The position numbers and the translations under genes were made by a program. A DNA stretch of 64,000 bases from an uncultured Chloroflexia bacterium (GTDB taxonomy: Bacteria > Chloroflexota > Limnocylindria > Limnocylindrales > CSP1-4), in contig CAVVYR010000007.1 in the NCBI GenBank assembly GCA_963752475.1, forward strand, positions 384,001 through 448,000, in the 5' to 3' direction. Within the stretch, counting starts at the first letter, position 1, and every line of letters starts with the position of its first letter. Positions 12,372-26,479 of this stretch are shown in pieces. The notes under the pieces were generated by a model that was given only the letters and a program-made list of their open reading frames with translations, ran no database searches and was not told the origin of the DNA.

Positions 12372-13757
12372 ATGAGCCGAGTCGTCATCCCCGAGCGCCC
12401 CAGCGCCCGGCGGGCCATCAGCCTTGCCCTGTCCCTGGGCCTGCTGGCGTCCGCCGTCACCACCTCCGTCGCAGCGCAGGACCTGCCGCTGTGCGACAGC
12501 GGACGTGTGAGCGAGTGCGTCCTGCCTGCCTGGTCCGGATCGCCCGTGGGTGACGTCCCCAGCCTGTTCGGCGAGGTCGACGGCGTGAGCTGGATCGAGG
12601 ATGACCGGGGCGATGCACCGGAGGACGGGCTCGACATCCTCGGTGTGGGCGTCGGGCGCGTGTCGATCGACGAGCCGGCTGATGTCCGCGGCGCGGACGG
12701 GCTGCTCAAACAGGGCAAGGCCAAGAAGGCCGTGCCATCGGGCGAGGGCATCCTCGTGCGCGTGCTGCTCGACAAGGCGCCCAGCGACGTGGCCGGCGGT
12801 CATGCCAGCGTCCACCTCGCGACCGACGTCGACGGTTCGCGCAGCAACAACGTTCCGGCCGGTATCGCCCGGCCGGACTACCCCTTCGCCGGTACCGAGA
12901 ACGTCTACTCGCTGACGTGGGCCTCGACCACGGGCAAGACGAAGCTGCACGCGAGCGACCTGGCCAAGGCCTGGTACAAGGACAGCACGCCCTTCGCCGC
13001 CAGCTGGGCCGAGACGACCGTGCTCGACTTCCTGTTGGCGCCCAAGTCGTTCGGCGACGACTTCCGCGTCATCACGCACGCTGACGGCGAACAGGGTGGC
13101 TACGACACCGTGAGCTGGGGTCCGGCCGATGTGCCGACCGATGGCACCGTCGGGCTCGTCCCCGTCTGTCACGAGGCCTCGATCTCGGCCGAACCGTTCA
13201 TCATCGGTCGCCTCAAGGAGGGCGGCCAGACCGTGCGTGATGTGGAGGCTCAGGCATCGTGGCGCGGCGGCGCGAGGATCCCGGTGGTCCAAGACATCCG
13301 GCCAGCCCTCGAGGCCTTCATCACCGCCAACGACGAGGACGGAGACGGGCGCGTCGGAGTCCGAACCTGGGTCAACCTCTTCGAGGACGGCATCGTGCTG
13401 CGTCAGCGGCCGGACCTGGAGATCGCCCTTGATGGCGACGAGGTCATCATGGCGCTCGAGCTCGGCCTGACGCGACGCGGCTACAACGTCCTGCGTGACT
13501 TCGAGCCAGCATCGACGGGCGACGACCGGCTCGACGACTGGATCGAGCGCGCCACCGATGCCCTGCGTGTGACCATGCCACCGTTCCGCCTGAACAAGAA
13601 GAGTGGGCTGCTCGTGGGGGAGGGCATCGGTTCCTGCGTCCCCTGGATCGCGATGCCGGTGGAGCCGGAGCCCGAGCCACAGCCGACGTCGGAGGCCTCC
13701 AGCCTGCCCGAGGACTCGATCGCCCCGACCGAGGATGGTGCTGCACTCAGCTCCTGA
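12372..13757 (+). CDS. Secreted hypothetical protein
   Basis: Signal peptide ending VAA-QD; acidic; Pro/Glu-rich tail; TAGGCT 8 nt before ATG. Confidence 0.75.
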   Translation: MSRVVIPERPSARRAISLALSLGLLASAVTTSVAAQDLPLCDSGRVSECVLPAWSGSPVGDVPSLFGEVDGVSWIEDDRGDAPEDGLDILGVGVGRVSIDEPADVRGADGLLKQGKAKKAVPSGEGILVRVLLDKAPSDVAGGHASVHLATDVDGSRSNNVPAGIARPDYPFAGTENVYSLTWASTTGKTKLHASDLAKAWYKDSTPFAASWAETTVLDFLLAPKSFGDDFRVITHADGEQGGYDTVSWGPADVPTDGTVGLVPVCHEASISAEPFIIGRLKEGGQTVRDVEAQASWRGGARIPVVQDIRPALEAFITANDEDGDGRVGVRTWVNLFEDGIVLRQRPDLEIALDGDEVIMALELGLTRRGYNVLRDFEPASTGDDRLDDWIERATDALRVTMPPFRLNKKSGLLVGEGIGSCVPWIAMPVEPEPEPQPTSEASSLPEDSIAPTEDGAALSS

Positions 13758-13789
13758 GCGCAGCCCGAACACTCTCTAGACTGTCCCGA

Positions 13790-14416
13790 ATGACCAGCGG
13801 TTGGATCCACCTCATCACGGGCTGCATGTTCAGCGGCAAGACCGACGAGATGCTGCGCCTCATCCGGCGCGCGGAGATCGCCGGGCGACGCGTGCTGCTG
13901 GTCCGACCCGCGGTCGATGACCGAACCACGGCAGGTGCCGTCGAGTCACGGTCGGGTGTGACCTGGCGAGCGGAGTCGGTCGCCGATAGCAGTGAGATCC
14001 CGCCGCTCGTGAGCTCCGAGCGCGCGTCGGTCGTGGCCATCGACGAGGCGCAGTTCTTCGACGAGGGCCTGCCCGAGATCGCGGAGCTGCTGGCCGCGGA
14101 GGGGCGTTCGGTACTCGTGAGTGGCCTCGACCAGGATTTCCTGGGCCGGCCCTTCAACTCGATGCCCACGCTGCTGGCCTTGGCCGACCAGGTCACCAAG
14201 CTCACCGCCATCTGCACCGTCTGTGGCGCCGAAGCGACCCGCACCCAGCGCATGGTCGGCGGTCGGCCGGCTGCGGCCGATGACCCGCTCATCGTGGTGG
14301 GTGGCATGAACGACGACCGCTACGAGGCTCGCTGCCGGTCACACCACGTCATCGGCACCGCTCGAGGCGCGACATCGTCCCCCATCTGGGAGAACCTCCC
14401 CACCGCCTACGAGTAG
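13790..14416 (+). CDS. tdk: Thymidine kinase
   Basis: GCMFSGKT, IDEAQF, GLDQDF...PF, KLTAICTVCG, YEARCR. Confidence 0.97.
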   Translation: MTSGWIHLITGCMFSGKTDEMLRLIRRAEIAGRRVLLVRPAVDDRTTAGAVESRSGVTWRAESVADSSEIPPLVSSERASVVAIDEAQFFDEGLPEIAELLAAEGRSVLVSGLDQDFLGRPFNSMPTLLALADQVTKLTAICTVCGAEATRTQRMVGGRPAAADDPLIVVGGMNDDRYEARCRSHHVIGTARGATSSPIWENLPTAYE

Positions 14417-14597
14417 CCGCCGAGTCGTATCAGGGGTTCGCCGACGAGACGAACCACACCGCATCGGTCCCGAACGCACCCCCCCGGACAGTCGGTGCCC
14501 CCAATGGGCTAGGACCGTTGGGCGAGTGGTAACCGGGGCTGACGAACGGCAGAGTATGTCCACGACGGCGGACCACCGCCTGACCGGAGGTACAGAC

Positions 14598-15050
14598 ATG
14601 AAGAACCGCTCTAGCGGGATCGCAATCCTGGCGTTCAGCTCGGTGCTGATCGGCATCTACTGCCAGTTCGCGGCTGTCGCACTCATCCTCACCGGCTCCG
14701 TCTTCAGTGCCAGTGGATCGGTGTACGCGGGATTCGCGCTCATCATCGGCTCGCTGTTCTTCGGCTTGACCTTCGCCGCCTACTTCCTGGCCTATGGCTT
14801 CTGGACCCGCAAGGACTGGTCCTGGGCCGGTGGCATCGCCCTCGTCATCACGCTCGTCGTCGCGAGCATGGCGCTCTCGGTCCTCTCGACCAACTTCACC
14901 TCGACGGTCCTGCCGCTGGCAGCCGCTGTCGCCGGCGTCTGGTACCTCAACCGCGCCGAGATCAAGGCGGAGCTGACGGGCACCGAGGTGGCGAACCAGC
15001 GCACCGTCAACGTCGCGGACACCTTCGAGGCCGCCGAACCCGCCCACTAG
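14598..15050 (+). CDS. Hypothetical membrane protein (about 4 TM)
   Basis: GGAGG RBS, four hydrophobic segments. Confidence 0.75.
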   Translation: MKNRSSGIAILAFSSVLIGIYCQFAAVALILTGSVFSASGSVYAGFALIIGSLFFGLTFAAYFLAYGFWTRKDWSWAGGIALVITLVVASMALSVLSTNFTSTVLPLAAAVAGVWYLNRAEIKAELTGTEVANQRTVNVADTFEAAEPAH

Positions 15051-15097
15051 GGCGCTCGCCGGGCCCTCACTCCGGGCGGGCCCGAACAGACGCAACG

Positions 15098-15129
15098 AAC
15101 GGCCGTGGCCCCGTGCCACGGCCGTTTCT
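15098..15129 (+). terminator. Intrinsic terminator
   Basis: AACGGCCGTGGC-CCCGT-GCCACGGCCGTT followed by TCT. Confidence 0.7.
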
Positions 15130-15164
15130 GATGCCTTCCGCCGACGGCCCTAGAATCGGGCTCC

Positions 15165-17951
15165 GTGCCCAAGCCCAACGACCCCCAAGCCCCCACCACC
15201 GACGGCTTCTTCGCGCCCCACGAGCTTGCGCCGCCGCCCGTCGACGATGCTGCTCCACCTCCGTCGGCCCCGCCGCCCGCTGACGGACTCGACATCGACA
15301 TCGACGCCGCTGGGGCCGCCCCCAGGGCAGCTGCTCCGGCCCCCGAACCCGGCGACGACGCCGAGTGGTTCTCGATGGTCGCCGCCACCGCCGGCGAATC
15401 GGCTCCAGCCCGAACGACTCCATCGTCCGAGGACGCGACGAAGCGCGAGGCCGAAGCCAGGAAGCTGGCCAAGTCCATCGTCAAGCGCCTGAACCCCGAG
15501 CAGGCCCGCGCGGTGTCCACGACCGACGGCCCGCTGCTCATCCTGGCAGGTGCCGGCTCGGGCAAGACCCGCGTGCTGGCCCACCGCATCGCCTACCTCG
15601 TCGGCGTCGAGGGCGTGAAGCCATGGCAGATCCTGGCCGTGACCTTCACCAACAAGGCCGCGGCCGAGATGCGTGAGCGCATCCTCGCGCTCGTCGGCGA
15701 CGACGGGGCCAAGGTCGCGATGGGTACGTTCCATGCGCTGTGTGCCCGCGTCCTGCGCCGCGACGGTGCGGCCATCGGCATCGACCCCCGCTTCGCCATC
15801 TACGACACCGATGACCAGACCGGTATCGTCAAGGCCGTCCTCCGAGACCTCGAGCTGCAGGGCACCGGTGAGCTTCGCCCGGCGGCCGTGCTCAGCGCCA
15901 TCAGCCGCTGGAAGAACGACATGGTCACGCCCGCCGAGGCCGACGACGAGGCCCGCGGCTACCTCGAGAGCCAGTACGCCACGGCCTACGCCCGCTACTC
16001 CCGGCGACTCAAGGCTGCCAACGCGCTCGATTTCGACGATCTGCTCATCGAGGCCGTGCGGCTGTTCGAGGAAGCACCGGCGGTGCTGGCCCACTACCAG
16101 CAGCGCTGGCGCTACCTCCACATCGACGAGTACCAGGACACGAACCGGGCCCAATACCTGTGGGTCAAGTCCCTCGCGCGGGAGCACCGCAACCTCGCGG
16201 TCGTGGGCGACGACGACCAGTCGATCTACAGCTGGCGTGGCGCCGACCTGCGCAACATCCTCGACTTCGAGGCCGACTACCCCGAAGCCACGGTGGTGAA
16301 GCTGGAGCAGAACTATCGTTCCACCCAGCTCATCCTCGACGCCGCTCATGCGGTCGTGGAGCGCAACGAGGACCGCAAGGACAAGAAGCTCTGGACCGAC
16401 AACCCGCGCGGCCAGCTCATCGAGCGCTTCGAGGCCGACCGTGAGGACGAGGAGGCCGAGTGGGTCGCGCGCCAGGTCGAGGCGCTCGCGGCAGGGCGGG
16501 GGAGTGCCGGCTCGATCCTCGCGCGGAGGGCCGACGACGGCGACGACGAGGAGTACCGCCTCCAGGACATCGCGGTCATGTATCGCACCAACGCCCAGAG
16601 CCGCGCCATCGAGGAAGCGTTCCTGCGATACGGCCTGCGCTACCAGCTCGTCGGCGGCACACGCTTCTACCAGCGGCGCGAGATCAAGGACGCGTTGGCC
16701 TATCTGCGCTGCCTGCGCAACGACCACGACGTGGCCGCCTTCGAGCGCGTCATCAACGTGCCGCCACGAGGCATCGGCCAGAAGTCGCTCGAACGCTTGC
16801 GAACGCTGGCGGAGGACCGTGACTCGGACTACTGGGGCGCACTGGGGGCCGTGGTCGAGGGTGCTGCTGAGTTGAACAGCCGCGCCCGCAACGCGTTCAC
16901 CGGCTTCCACACGATCATCACGAAGCTGCGCGCGCGCGTGGGCCTGCTGCCGCTGCCTGAGCTGCTCGACACGGTACTGGAGGAGAGTGGCTACCGGGCC
17001 ATGCTCATGGACGGCTCGCAGGATGGCGAGGACCGCTGGGGCAACCTCATCGAGCTGCGCGAGGTGGTGGACCGCTACGGTGATCTCGATCCCATCGACG
17101 CGCTCGACCGACTGCTCGAGGAGACGGCCCTGGTGGCGGACCAGGATGCCTACACCGGCGATGCCGACAAGGTCACGCTCATCACGCTGCACGCGGCCAA
17201 GGGCCTCGAGTTCGACGTCGTCTTCATCTCCGGGCTCGAGGAAGGCGTCTTCCCCCACGCCCGAGCGCTCGACGATCCGCGTCAGATGGAGGAGGAGCGC
17301 CGGCTCGCCTACGTCGGGCTCACCCGTGCCCGCAAGCGGCTCTACCTCACCCACGCCGCACAGCGCGCGACTTGGGGTCGGTCGGGTTTCAGCGTGCCAA
17401 GTCGTTTCCTCATCGAGATCCCCGAGGGCCTGATGCACGGCCCGCGCCTGGTCTCGCGTGACGAGGACGATGACCAGCGGCCCTATGACGAACGCATGGA
17501 GGGCTACGACCTTGGGGCGGTCATCGGGCGTCGTGCGGGCGAGTCTCGCCTCGTCGGTCGTGCGCCGGTGGGACCCAAGGGCGGCAAGCGGCTGCCGCCG
17601 GGTGGCGGCTACACGCCCACGCCCGGAGCACCGCGGGCTGGCCAGACCTTCCGCGCCTCGCGGGACCTCGCCGCTCGGCGCGAGGCCTACTACGGCCGGC
17701 CGCCCGAGGATGAGACCGTCGACGAGCCGGCAGCGCCAGCGGCCGACGAATGGCGCCTGCCGCCGGAGACCCAGGTTCCGGGCGAGCATCGCTACAAGGA
17801 CGGCCAGAAGGTCCGCCACCAGATCTTCGGTGAGGGCCAGGTCGTATCGTCGAAGCTGACGCGCGACGACGAAGAAGTCACGGTCGCCTTCCCCAAGCAG
17901 GGCATCAAGAAACTGATGGCCAGCCTTGCTAACCTTGAGGTGTCAGGCTGA
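15165..17951 (+). CDS. pcrA: ATP-dependent DNA helicase PcrA/UvrD
   Basis: AGAGSGKT, VTFTNKAA, IDEYQD, GDDDQSIY, LEQNYRS, HAAKGLEF, EERRLAYVGLTRA; C-terminal Tudor-like domain. Confidence 0.97.
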   Translation: MPKPNDPQAPTTDGFFAPHELAPPPVDDAAPPPSAPPPADGLDIDIDAAGAAPRAAAPAPEPGDDAEWFSMVAATAGESAPARTTPSSEDATKREAEARKLAKSIVKRLNPEQARAVSTTDGPLLILAGAGSGKTRVLAHRIAYLVGVEGVKPWQILAVTFTNKAAAEMRERILALVGDDGAKVAMGTFHALCARVLRRDGAAIGIDPRFAIYDTDDQTGIVKAVLRDLELQGTGELRPAAVLSAISRWKNDMVTPAEADDEARGYLESQYATAYARYSRRLKAANALDFDDLLIEAVRLFEEAPAVLAHYQQRWRYLHIDEYQDTNRAQYLWVKSLAREHRNLAVVGDDDQSIYSWRGADLRNILDFEADYPEATVVKLEQNYRSTQLILDAAHAVVERNEDRKDKKLWTDNPRGQLIERFEADREDEEAEWVARQVEALAAGRGSAGSILARRADDGDDEEYRLQDIAVMYRTNAQSRAIEEAFLRYGLRYQLVGGTRFYQRREIKDALAYLRCLRNDHDVAAFERVINVPPRGIGQKSLERLRTLAEDRDSDYWGALGAVVEGAAELNSRARNAFTGFHTIITKLRARVGLLPLPELLDTVLEESGYRAMLMDGSQDGEDRWGNLIELREVVDRYGDLDPIDALDRLLEETALVADQDAYTGDADKVTLITLHAAKGLEFDVVFISGLEEGVFPHARALDDPRQMEEERRLAYVGLTRARKRLYLTHAAQRATWGRSGFSVPSRFLIEIPEGLMHGPRLVSRDEDDDQRPYDERMEGYDLGAVIGRRAGESRLVGRAPVGPKGGKRLPPGGGYTPTPGAPRAGQTFRASRDLAARREAYYGRPPEDETVDEPAAPAADEWRLPPETQVPGEHRYKDGQKVRHQIFGEGQVVSSKLTRDDEEVTVAFPKQGIKKLMASLANLEVSG

Positions 17952-17992
17952 CTTGACAGCGGCTGGCCGGATCCACGAGCCGGGGAGAGATC

Positions 17993-18940
17993 ATGACCGA
18001 CGTCGAGCAGCTGCTCGTCTGTAGCGACCTGCGCAAGGCCTTCGGCGAACGCACAGCCGTCGACGGCGTCAGCTTCCACATCGGGCGTGGCGAGACCTAC
18101 GGCCTGCTCGGGCCCAACGGCGCGGGCAAGACCACCAGCATCTCCATGATCTGCGGCTTGCTGGAGCGCGATGGCGGGACGGTCACCGTGGCCGGGCGGT
18201 CGCTTGATGTGTCGGCTGTGGATGCCAAGTCGGCCATCGGCTACGTGCCCCAGGACCTGGCCATCTATCCCGACCTCTCGGCCCGCGAGAACCTGCGCTT
18301 CTTCGGCAAGCTGCAGCGGCTGTCGGGCAAGGCGCTCGATGAGCGCGTGGACGCGGTGCTCGAGCTGACCGGCCTGGCCGAGCGTGCCGACGACAAGACC
18401 GACGACTACTCGGGCGGCATGAAGCGCAGGCTCAACATCGGCATCGGCCTGCTGCACGAGCCTCAGCTGCTGGTCCTCGACGAGCCCACCGTGGGCGTCG
18501 ACCCCCAGAGCCGCAACGCCATCCTCGAAGCCGTCGACGGGCTACGCGCCGAAGGCATGTCCATCCTCTACACCACGCACTACATGGAAGAGGCCGAGCG
18601 TCTCTGCGACCGCATCGCCATCATCGACGAGGGCGTGATCCTGGCCGAGGGCACCCGGCGTCAGCTGGTCGATCTGGTCGGACAGCTCGACCGCGTCAGC
18701 CTGACGGTGACCGGCGACCTACCGGCAGCGACCCAGGCGCTCACGGGTATCGAGCGCGTGCAGGCCGCGACATCGAGCGAAGGCGCCATCGAGATCACCG
18801 CGGAGGGCGCACGCACCTTGCTGCCGGAGATCATCCGCGTGGCGGCCAACGCGGGCGTCGAGATCAAGTCGGTGGAGGTCGTCGAACCGGATCTGGAGGC
18901 TGTCTTCCTGCACCTCACCGGCAAGGCCCTCAGGGACTAG
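17993..18940 (+). CDS. ABC-2 exporter ATP-binding protein
   Basis: GPNGAGKT, YSGGMKRR, LDEPT. Confidence 0.95.
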   Translation: MTDVEQLLVCSDLRKAFGERTAVDGVSFHIGRGETYGLLGPNGAGKTTSISMICGLLERDGGTVTVAGRSLDVSAVDAKSAIGYVPQDLAIYPDLSARENLRFFGKLQRLSGKALDERVDAVLELTGLAERADDKTDDYSGGMKRRLNIGIGLLHEPQLLVLDEPTVGVDPQSRNAILEAVDGLRAEGMSILYTTHYMEEAERLCDRIAIIDEGVILAEGTRRQLVDLVGQLDRVSLTVTGDLPAATQALTGIERVQAATSSEGAIEITAEGARTLLPEIIRVAANAGVEIKSVEVVEPDLEAVFLHLTGKALRD

Positions 18941-18949
18941 GCCACGTCC

Positions 18950-20127
18950 GTGCGCGCTGCCCTCGACATCGCCCTCAAGGACCTCAAGCAGAAGGTCCGT
19001 GACCGCTCCGCGCTGCTCATCAGCATCGTCGCCCCGTTCGTGCTGGCGGCGTTGTTCTCGATGATCCTCGGCGGCCTCGACGAGGACTTCAACGCCAGCT
19101 GGGGCTACGTCGACCTCGATGGCGGCGAGATCGCCGCGGCCTTCGAGGAGGGACCACTCGGTGGCATGGAGGCCGCCGGCATCGTGGATGTCAGTCGCTA
19201 CTCCGATGCCGAGGGTGCGCGGGCAGCCATCGAGGCCGGCGAGATCGATACGGCCATCGTCGTACCGGAAGGCTTCAGTGAGGCCACCATGGCGGGCGCC
19301 GGCAGCACGGTCGAGCTGCTCGCCGACGCCGATGCCGTCATCAGCAGCCAGGTCGCCCGCTCGGTCCTCTCGGGCTTCGCCAGCCAGATCGACGCCGTCG
19401 GGCTCTCGGTAGCGACGGCGCTCATCGCCGAGGGCAGCCTGCCCGACGCCGAGACGACCGCCGCCTTGACCGAGCTCGCGACCGCCACCACCGACCCCAT
19501 CACCATCGTCGACCTCGCGGTGGCTGACCGTACGGCTGGATGGGCCACCTACTACGCCGCCGCGATGGCCATCCTCTTCGTCTTCCTCGCGGCCCAGTTC
19601 GGCATCGTCAGCATCCATGCCGAGCGGCGCACCAAGACGCTCGCACGCATGCTCGCCTCACCCGTGGCGTGGTGGTCCATCCTGGCCGGCAAGATCATCG
19701 TCTCGATGGTGCTCGCACTCGTCTCGATGGGTGTGATCATCATCGGCACCAGCCTGCTGCTCGGAGCCGAGTGGGGCGATCCCGTGGCGCTTGTCGTGCT
19801 GGTGCTGGCGTCGGCGTTGGCCGCGACCGGCATCTCGCTGCTCACCGTGGCCTTCACCCGGAACGAGGAGCAGGCCGGCTCGGCCATCGCCATCGTCTCG
19901 CTCACGCTGGCTGTGCTCGGAGGTGCGTTCTTCCCGGCGAACCAGGGTCCCGAGCTGCTGTCCGTGCTCAGTCAGCTGACGCCTCACGCATGGTTCCTGA
20001 CGGCTATCGATGACATCTCCACCGGCGGCGACATCACCTCATCGGTCAGCTCGGTCGCGGTGCTCGCGACCATCGGCCTGGTGACCGGCGGGTTGGGCCT
20101 GCTCCGCGCCAAGCGGATGGTGTTCGC

Positions 20128-20131
<4 letters not shown>
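18950..20131 (+). CDS. ABC-2 exporter permease
   Basis: One N-terminal TM, large extracellular loop, multiple C-terminal TM; in operon with ATPase. Confidence 0.92.
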
Positions 20132-23402
<3,271 letters not shown>

Positions 23403-23430
23403 GCCCACGCAGGCTCGGTATCCTTGGCCC

Positions 23431-23736
23431 GTGGCCACACTCTCCCGTCGCGACGTCGAACACGTCGCTCACCTCGCACGCCTCGGGTTGACCGAAGAGG
23501 AAGTGACCGAGTTGGAAGGCCAGCTCAACCACATCCTCGAGCAGTTCGCCGTGCTCTCCGAGCTCGACACCGAGGCCATCCCGCCGACCGCCCGCGTCAT
23601 CGAGTTGGAGAACGTCCTCCGCGACGATGCTGTGCGTCCGGGATTCGAGCGCGAGACCGCGCTGGCCAATGCGCCCGAGCGGACCGACGAGCACTTCGTG
23701 GTGCCGGCCGTGCTCGACACCGAGAGCGACGGCTAG
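23431..23736 (+). CDS. gatC: Asp/Glu-tRNA amidotransferase subunit C
   Basis: [10 protein letters not shown]...NVLRDD...LANAP...FVVPAV. Confidence 0.95.
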   Translation: MATLSRRDVEHVAHLARLGLTEEEVTELEGQLNHILEQFAVLSELDTEAIPPTARVIELENVLRDDAVRPGFERETALANAPERTDEHFVVPAVLDTESDG

Positions 23737-23739
23737 CCG

Positions 23740-25308
23740 GTGACCAGCGATCGGGCGCTGACGCGCCTGCATGCCCACGAGATGGTCGACCGCCTGCGGG
23801 CCGGAGACGTCAGCAGCGTCGAGTTGCTCGAAGCCCATCTCGCGTCCATCGCTGCGACCGATACGGCGATCCATGCCTGGCTCGCCGTCGACGACGGACC
23901 GGCCCGGTCAGCGGCCGAGGCTGCCGATGGGCGGCTCGCTGCCGCGCGTGCCGAGGGTCCGGAGGCGCTCGCGACGCTCCCGCCGCTGCTGGGTGTCCCG
24001 GTCGGTCTCAAGGATCTCGTCCTCGCCCGCGGTCGCCAGGCGACGGCCGGCAGCCGCATCCTCGAGGGCTTTGCCTCGCCCTATGACGCACACATCGTGG
24101 AGCGGCTCGATGCGGCCGGCGCCGTCATCGTGGGCAAGACCAACATGGACGAGTTCGCCATGGGTTCGTCCACCGAGCACTCCGGCTATGGACCGACAGC
24201 CAACCCGTGGGACCTCGCGCGCGTGCCCGGTGGGTCGTCCGGCGGCTCTGCCGCCGCGGTCGCCGCCTTCCACGTGCCCGTGGCCATCGGCACCGATACC
24301 GGTGGCTCCATCCGCCAGCCAGCCTCGCTGACCGGCACCGTCGGCATCAAGCCCACGTACGGACGCGTCAGCCGCTACGGCATCATCGCCTTCGCTTCGT
24401 CGCTCGACCAGGTCGGGCCCTTCGGGCGCGACGTGCGTGACGCGGCCCTGTTGCTGGGCGCGGTCGCCGGTCACGACGAGCGCGACTCCACGTCCGCGCC
24501 GCTCGAGGTGCCTGATTTCGCGGGGGCCCTGCCAGCCGGCGGCGACGAGGCCGCGGCCGGCTTGCACGGTGTGCGCCTGGGTCTGCCCCGCCAGTACTTC
24601 GTCGAGGGCATGGAGCCGGGCGTCGAGTCTCGCGTGCGTGAGGCGGTCGCGGCACTCGAGGGTGCCGGTGCTGAGATCGTCGAAGTCGAGATGCCGCACA
24701 CCGACTACGGCCTCGCGACCTACTACATCGTGGCTCCGGCCGAGGCTTCGGCCAACCTCGCCCGGTACGACGGCATCCGCTTCGGTCATGCCGTTCGGGA
24801 CGGCGACGTCATCGCCAACTACAAGTCGACGCGCGACACCGGCTTCGGGCCGGAGGTCAAGCGCCGGCTGATGCTGGGCACCTACGCGCTCTCGGCCGGC
24901 TACCGAGATGCCTACTACATCAAGGCCCAGAAGGTGCGCACGCTCATCAAGGGCGACTTCGATACTGCCTTCGAACAGGTCGATGCACTCGTCGCGCCGG
25001 TGAGCCCGTCGGTCGCATTCCCTCTCGGCGAGCGGCTCGACGACCCCGTGGCCATGTACCTGATGGATGCCTGCACGCTGCCGGTCAGCGTCGCCGGGCT
25101 GCCCGGACTCTCGGTCCCTGCCGGCCTTTCCGAGGGCCTGCCCGTCGGGCTACAGCTCATCGGCAAGGCCTGGGACGAGGCCCGACTGCTACAGCTCGGG
25201 CGCGCCTATGAAGCCATCACCGCGACGGCCGATTGGCGCAGGCTCGAACCCGCGGCCCTCGATCGGGCTGCCGATCCGTCCATGGGGGCACCCACGCGCG
25301 GCGCCTAG
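23740..25308 (+). CDS. gatA: Asp/Glu-tRNA amidotransferase subunit A
   Basis: [43 protein letters not shown]. Confidence 0.97.
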   Translation: MTSDRALTRLHAHEMVDRLRAGDVSSVELLEAHLASIAATDTAIHAWLAVDDGPARSAAEAADGRLAAARAEGPEALATLPPLLGVPVGLKDLVLARGRQATAGSRILEGFASPYDAHIVERLDAAGAVIVGKTNMDEFAMGSSTEHSGYGPTANPWDLARVPGGSSGGSAAAVAAFHVPVAIGTDTGGSIRQPASLTGTVGIKPTYGRVSRYGIIAFASSLDQVGPFGRDVRDAALLLGAVAGHDERDSTSAPLEVPDFAGALPAGGDEAAAGLHGVRLGLPRQYFVEGMEPGVESRVREAVAALEGAGAEIVEVEMPHTDYGLATYYIVAPAEASANLARYDGIRFGHAVRDGDVIANYKSTRDTGFGPEVKRRLMLGTYALSAGYRDAYYIKAQKVRTLIKGDFDTAFEQVDALVAPVSPSVAFPLGERLDDPVAMYLMDACTLPVSVAGLPGLSVPAGLSEGLPVGLQLIGKAWDEARLLQLGRAYEAITATADWRRLEPAALDRAADPSMGAPTRGA

Positions 25309-25314
25309 GCTCGA

Positions 25315-26355
25315 CTAGACGGTCTTGGGGCCGTCGTCGTCCGCCCTGGGCTCCGGCTCAGGCTCCGCTTCAGGCTCAGGCTCAGGCTCCGCTTCGGGCT
25401 CCGGCTCAGGCTCCGGCTCAGGCTCCGCTTCGGGCTCCGGCTCAGGCTCAGGCTCCGCTTCGGGCTCCGGCTCAGGCTCAGGCTCGACCACGAGTGCCGG
25501 CTCGGTGACCGGCGTCGGCGCGCTCACAGGCTCAGCCTCGGGTTCGGGCAAGCCCGGTTCGACCTCAGGCTCCGGCTGCAGCGCCGCGGGTTCAGGCTCG
25601 GGCTCCGCCGAAATCGGTTCAGCCTCAGGCACAGGCTCCGGCGTAACGGGCTTGGGTGCCGCAGCCACGGCGGGCGCAGGCTCCGGCGTCGGCTCGGCCA
25701 CAGGCGGCGCAGGCGTCGGGGCGACCGGCTGCTGCTCATCAGGCTCATCGACGATCTTGCCGTCGGCGCGCATAGAGGCTTCGTTGGTGCCGCCCTTGAC
25801 CACGAAGCCCTCGGCGAGCTCGGTCAGGGGGTTGCCGGTCCGGATGGCTTCCTTGGCGTCCATCACGGCCTTCTTGAACTGCAGTCCGTCGAGCAGCTGG
25901 CGATACTCCTCGTTGGCTGTGTCCGAGGCCGTATAGAGGACCAGGTCGGCATAGCCGAAGAAGCGTCCCAACGTCGATTCCGTGAGCGCGACGTCGGTGA
26001 TCTGCTCGATCGATGAGTCGATCGATGTCCTCCGCAGCACGCCCTCCATGCGCAGGGCGCGCCGGTTGGTGAGCACGTAGTGACGGCTGTCCCAGCGGAT
26101 GAGGTCGACGGGCAGCCACACGATGGTGACCAGGAAGAGGATGACCACGACCCACCGGATGAGATCGTTGATGAAGCTGAAGAACTGGTCGTCGTTGAAC
26201 TCGAAGATGCTGTTCAGCGCCAGCAGGCCAAGGCCGATGAGCCCGACGACGATCGGGCGCAAGGCGAAGCGGACGGCCGCCATCCAGTGCTGGCGGGTGT
26301 CGATGAGCACGACCTCAGTCGTACCGAGGAGATCCTTCAAGTGCGATGAGGCCAC
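25315..26355 (-). CDS. Membrane protein with bacterial PH (bPH_2) domain and Glu-Pro tail
   Basis: RQHW, two TM, YVLTNRR...[10 protein letters not shown]; C-terminal (EP)n; start uncertain. Confidence 0.85.
   Translation of the reverse strand: MASSHLKDLLGTTEVVLIDTRQHWMAAVRFALRPIVVGLIGLGLLALNSIFEFNDDQFFSFINDLIRWVVVILFLVTIVWLPVDLIRWDSRHYVLTNRRALRMEGVLRRTSIDSSIEQITDVALTESTLGRFFGYADLVLYTASDTANEEYRQLLDGLQFKKAVMDAKEAIRTGNPLTELAEGFVVKGGTNEASMRADGKIVDEPDEQQPVAPTPAPPVAEPTPEPAPAVAAAPKPVTPEPVPEAEPISAEPEPEPAALQPEPEVEPGLPEPEAEPVSAPTPVTEPALVVEPEPEPEPEAEPEPEPEPEAEPEPEPEPEPEAEPEPEPEAEPEPEPRADDDGPKTV
25349..25485 (-). repeat. 6-bp-based coding tandem repeat (EPEPEA)
   Basis: Iterated GGCTCA/GGCTCC units. 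Confidence 0.9.
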
Positions 26356-26479
26356 AGCGCCTTCATCCTCCAAGTTGCTAGGCGAGGGTTGATGCGCGTA
26401 GTGTCCCACACGCCGTCGCGCGGCGGGCCTCGCCTATACTCTCATCCACCCATCTGCTACCGCTCGACCAGAGGCCGAG

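Noticed and set aside
15165-15470. N-terminal extension of PcrA as a new domain
   Set aside because: Low-complexity Pro/Ala/Asp sequence, most likely disordered.
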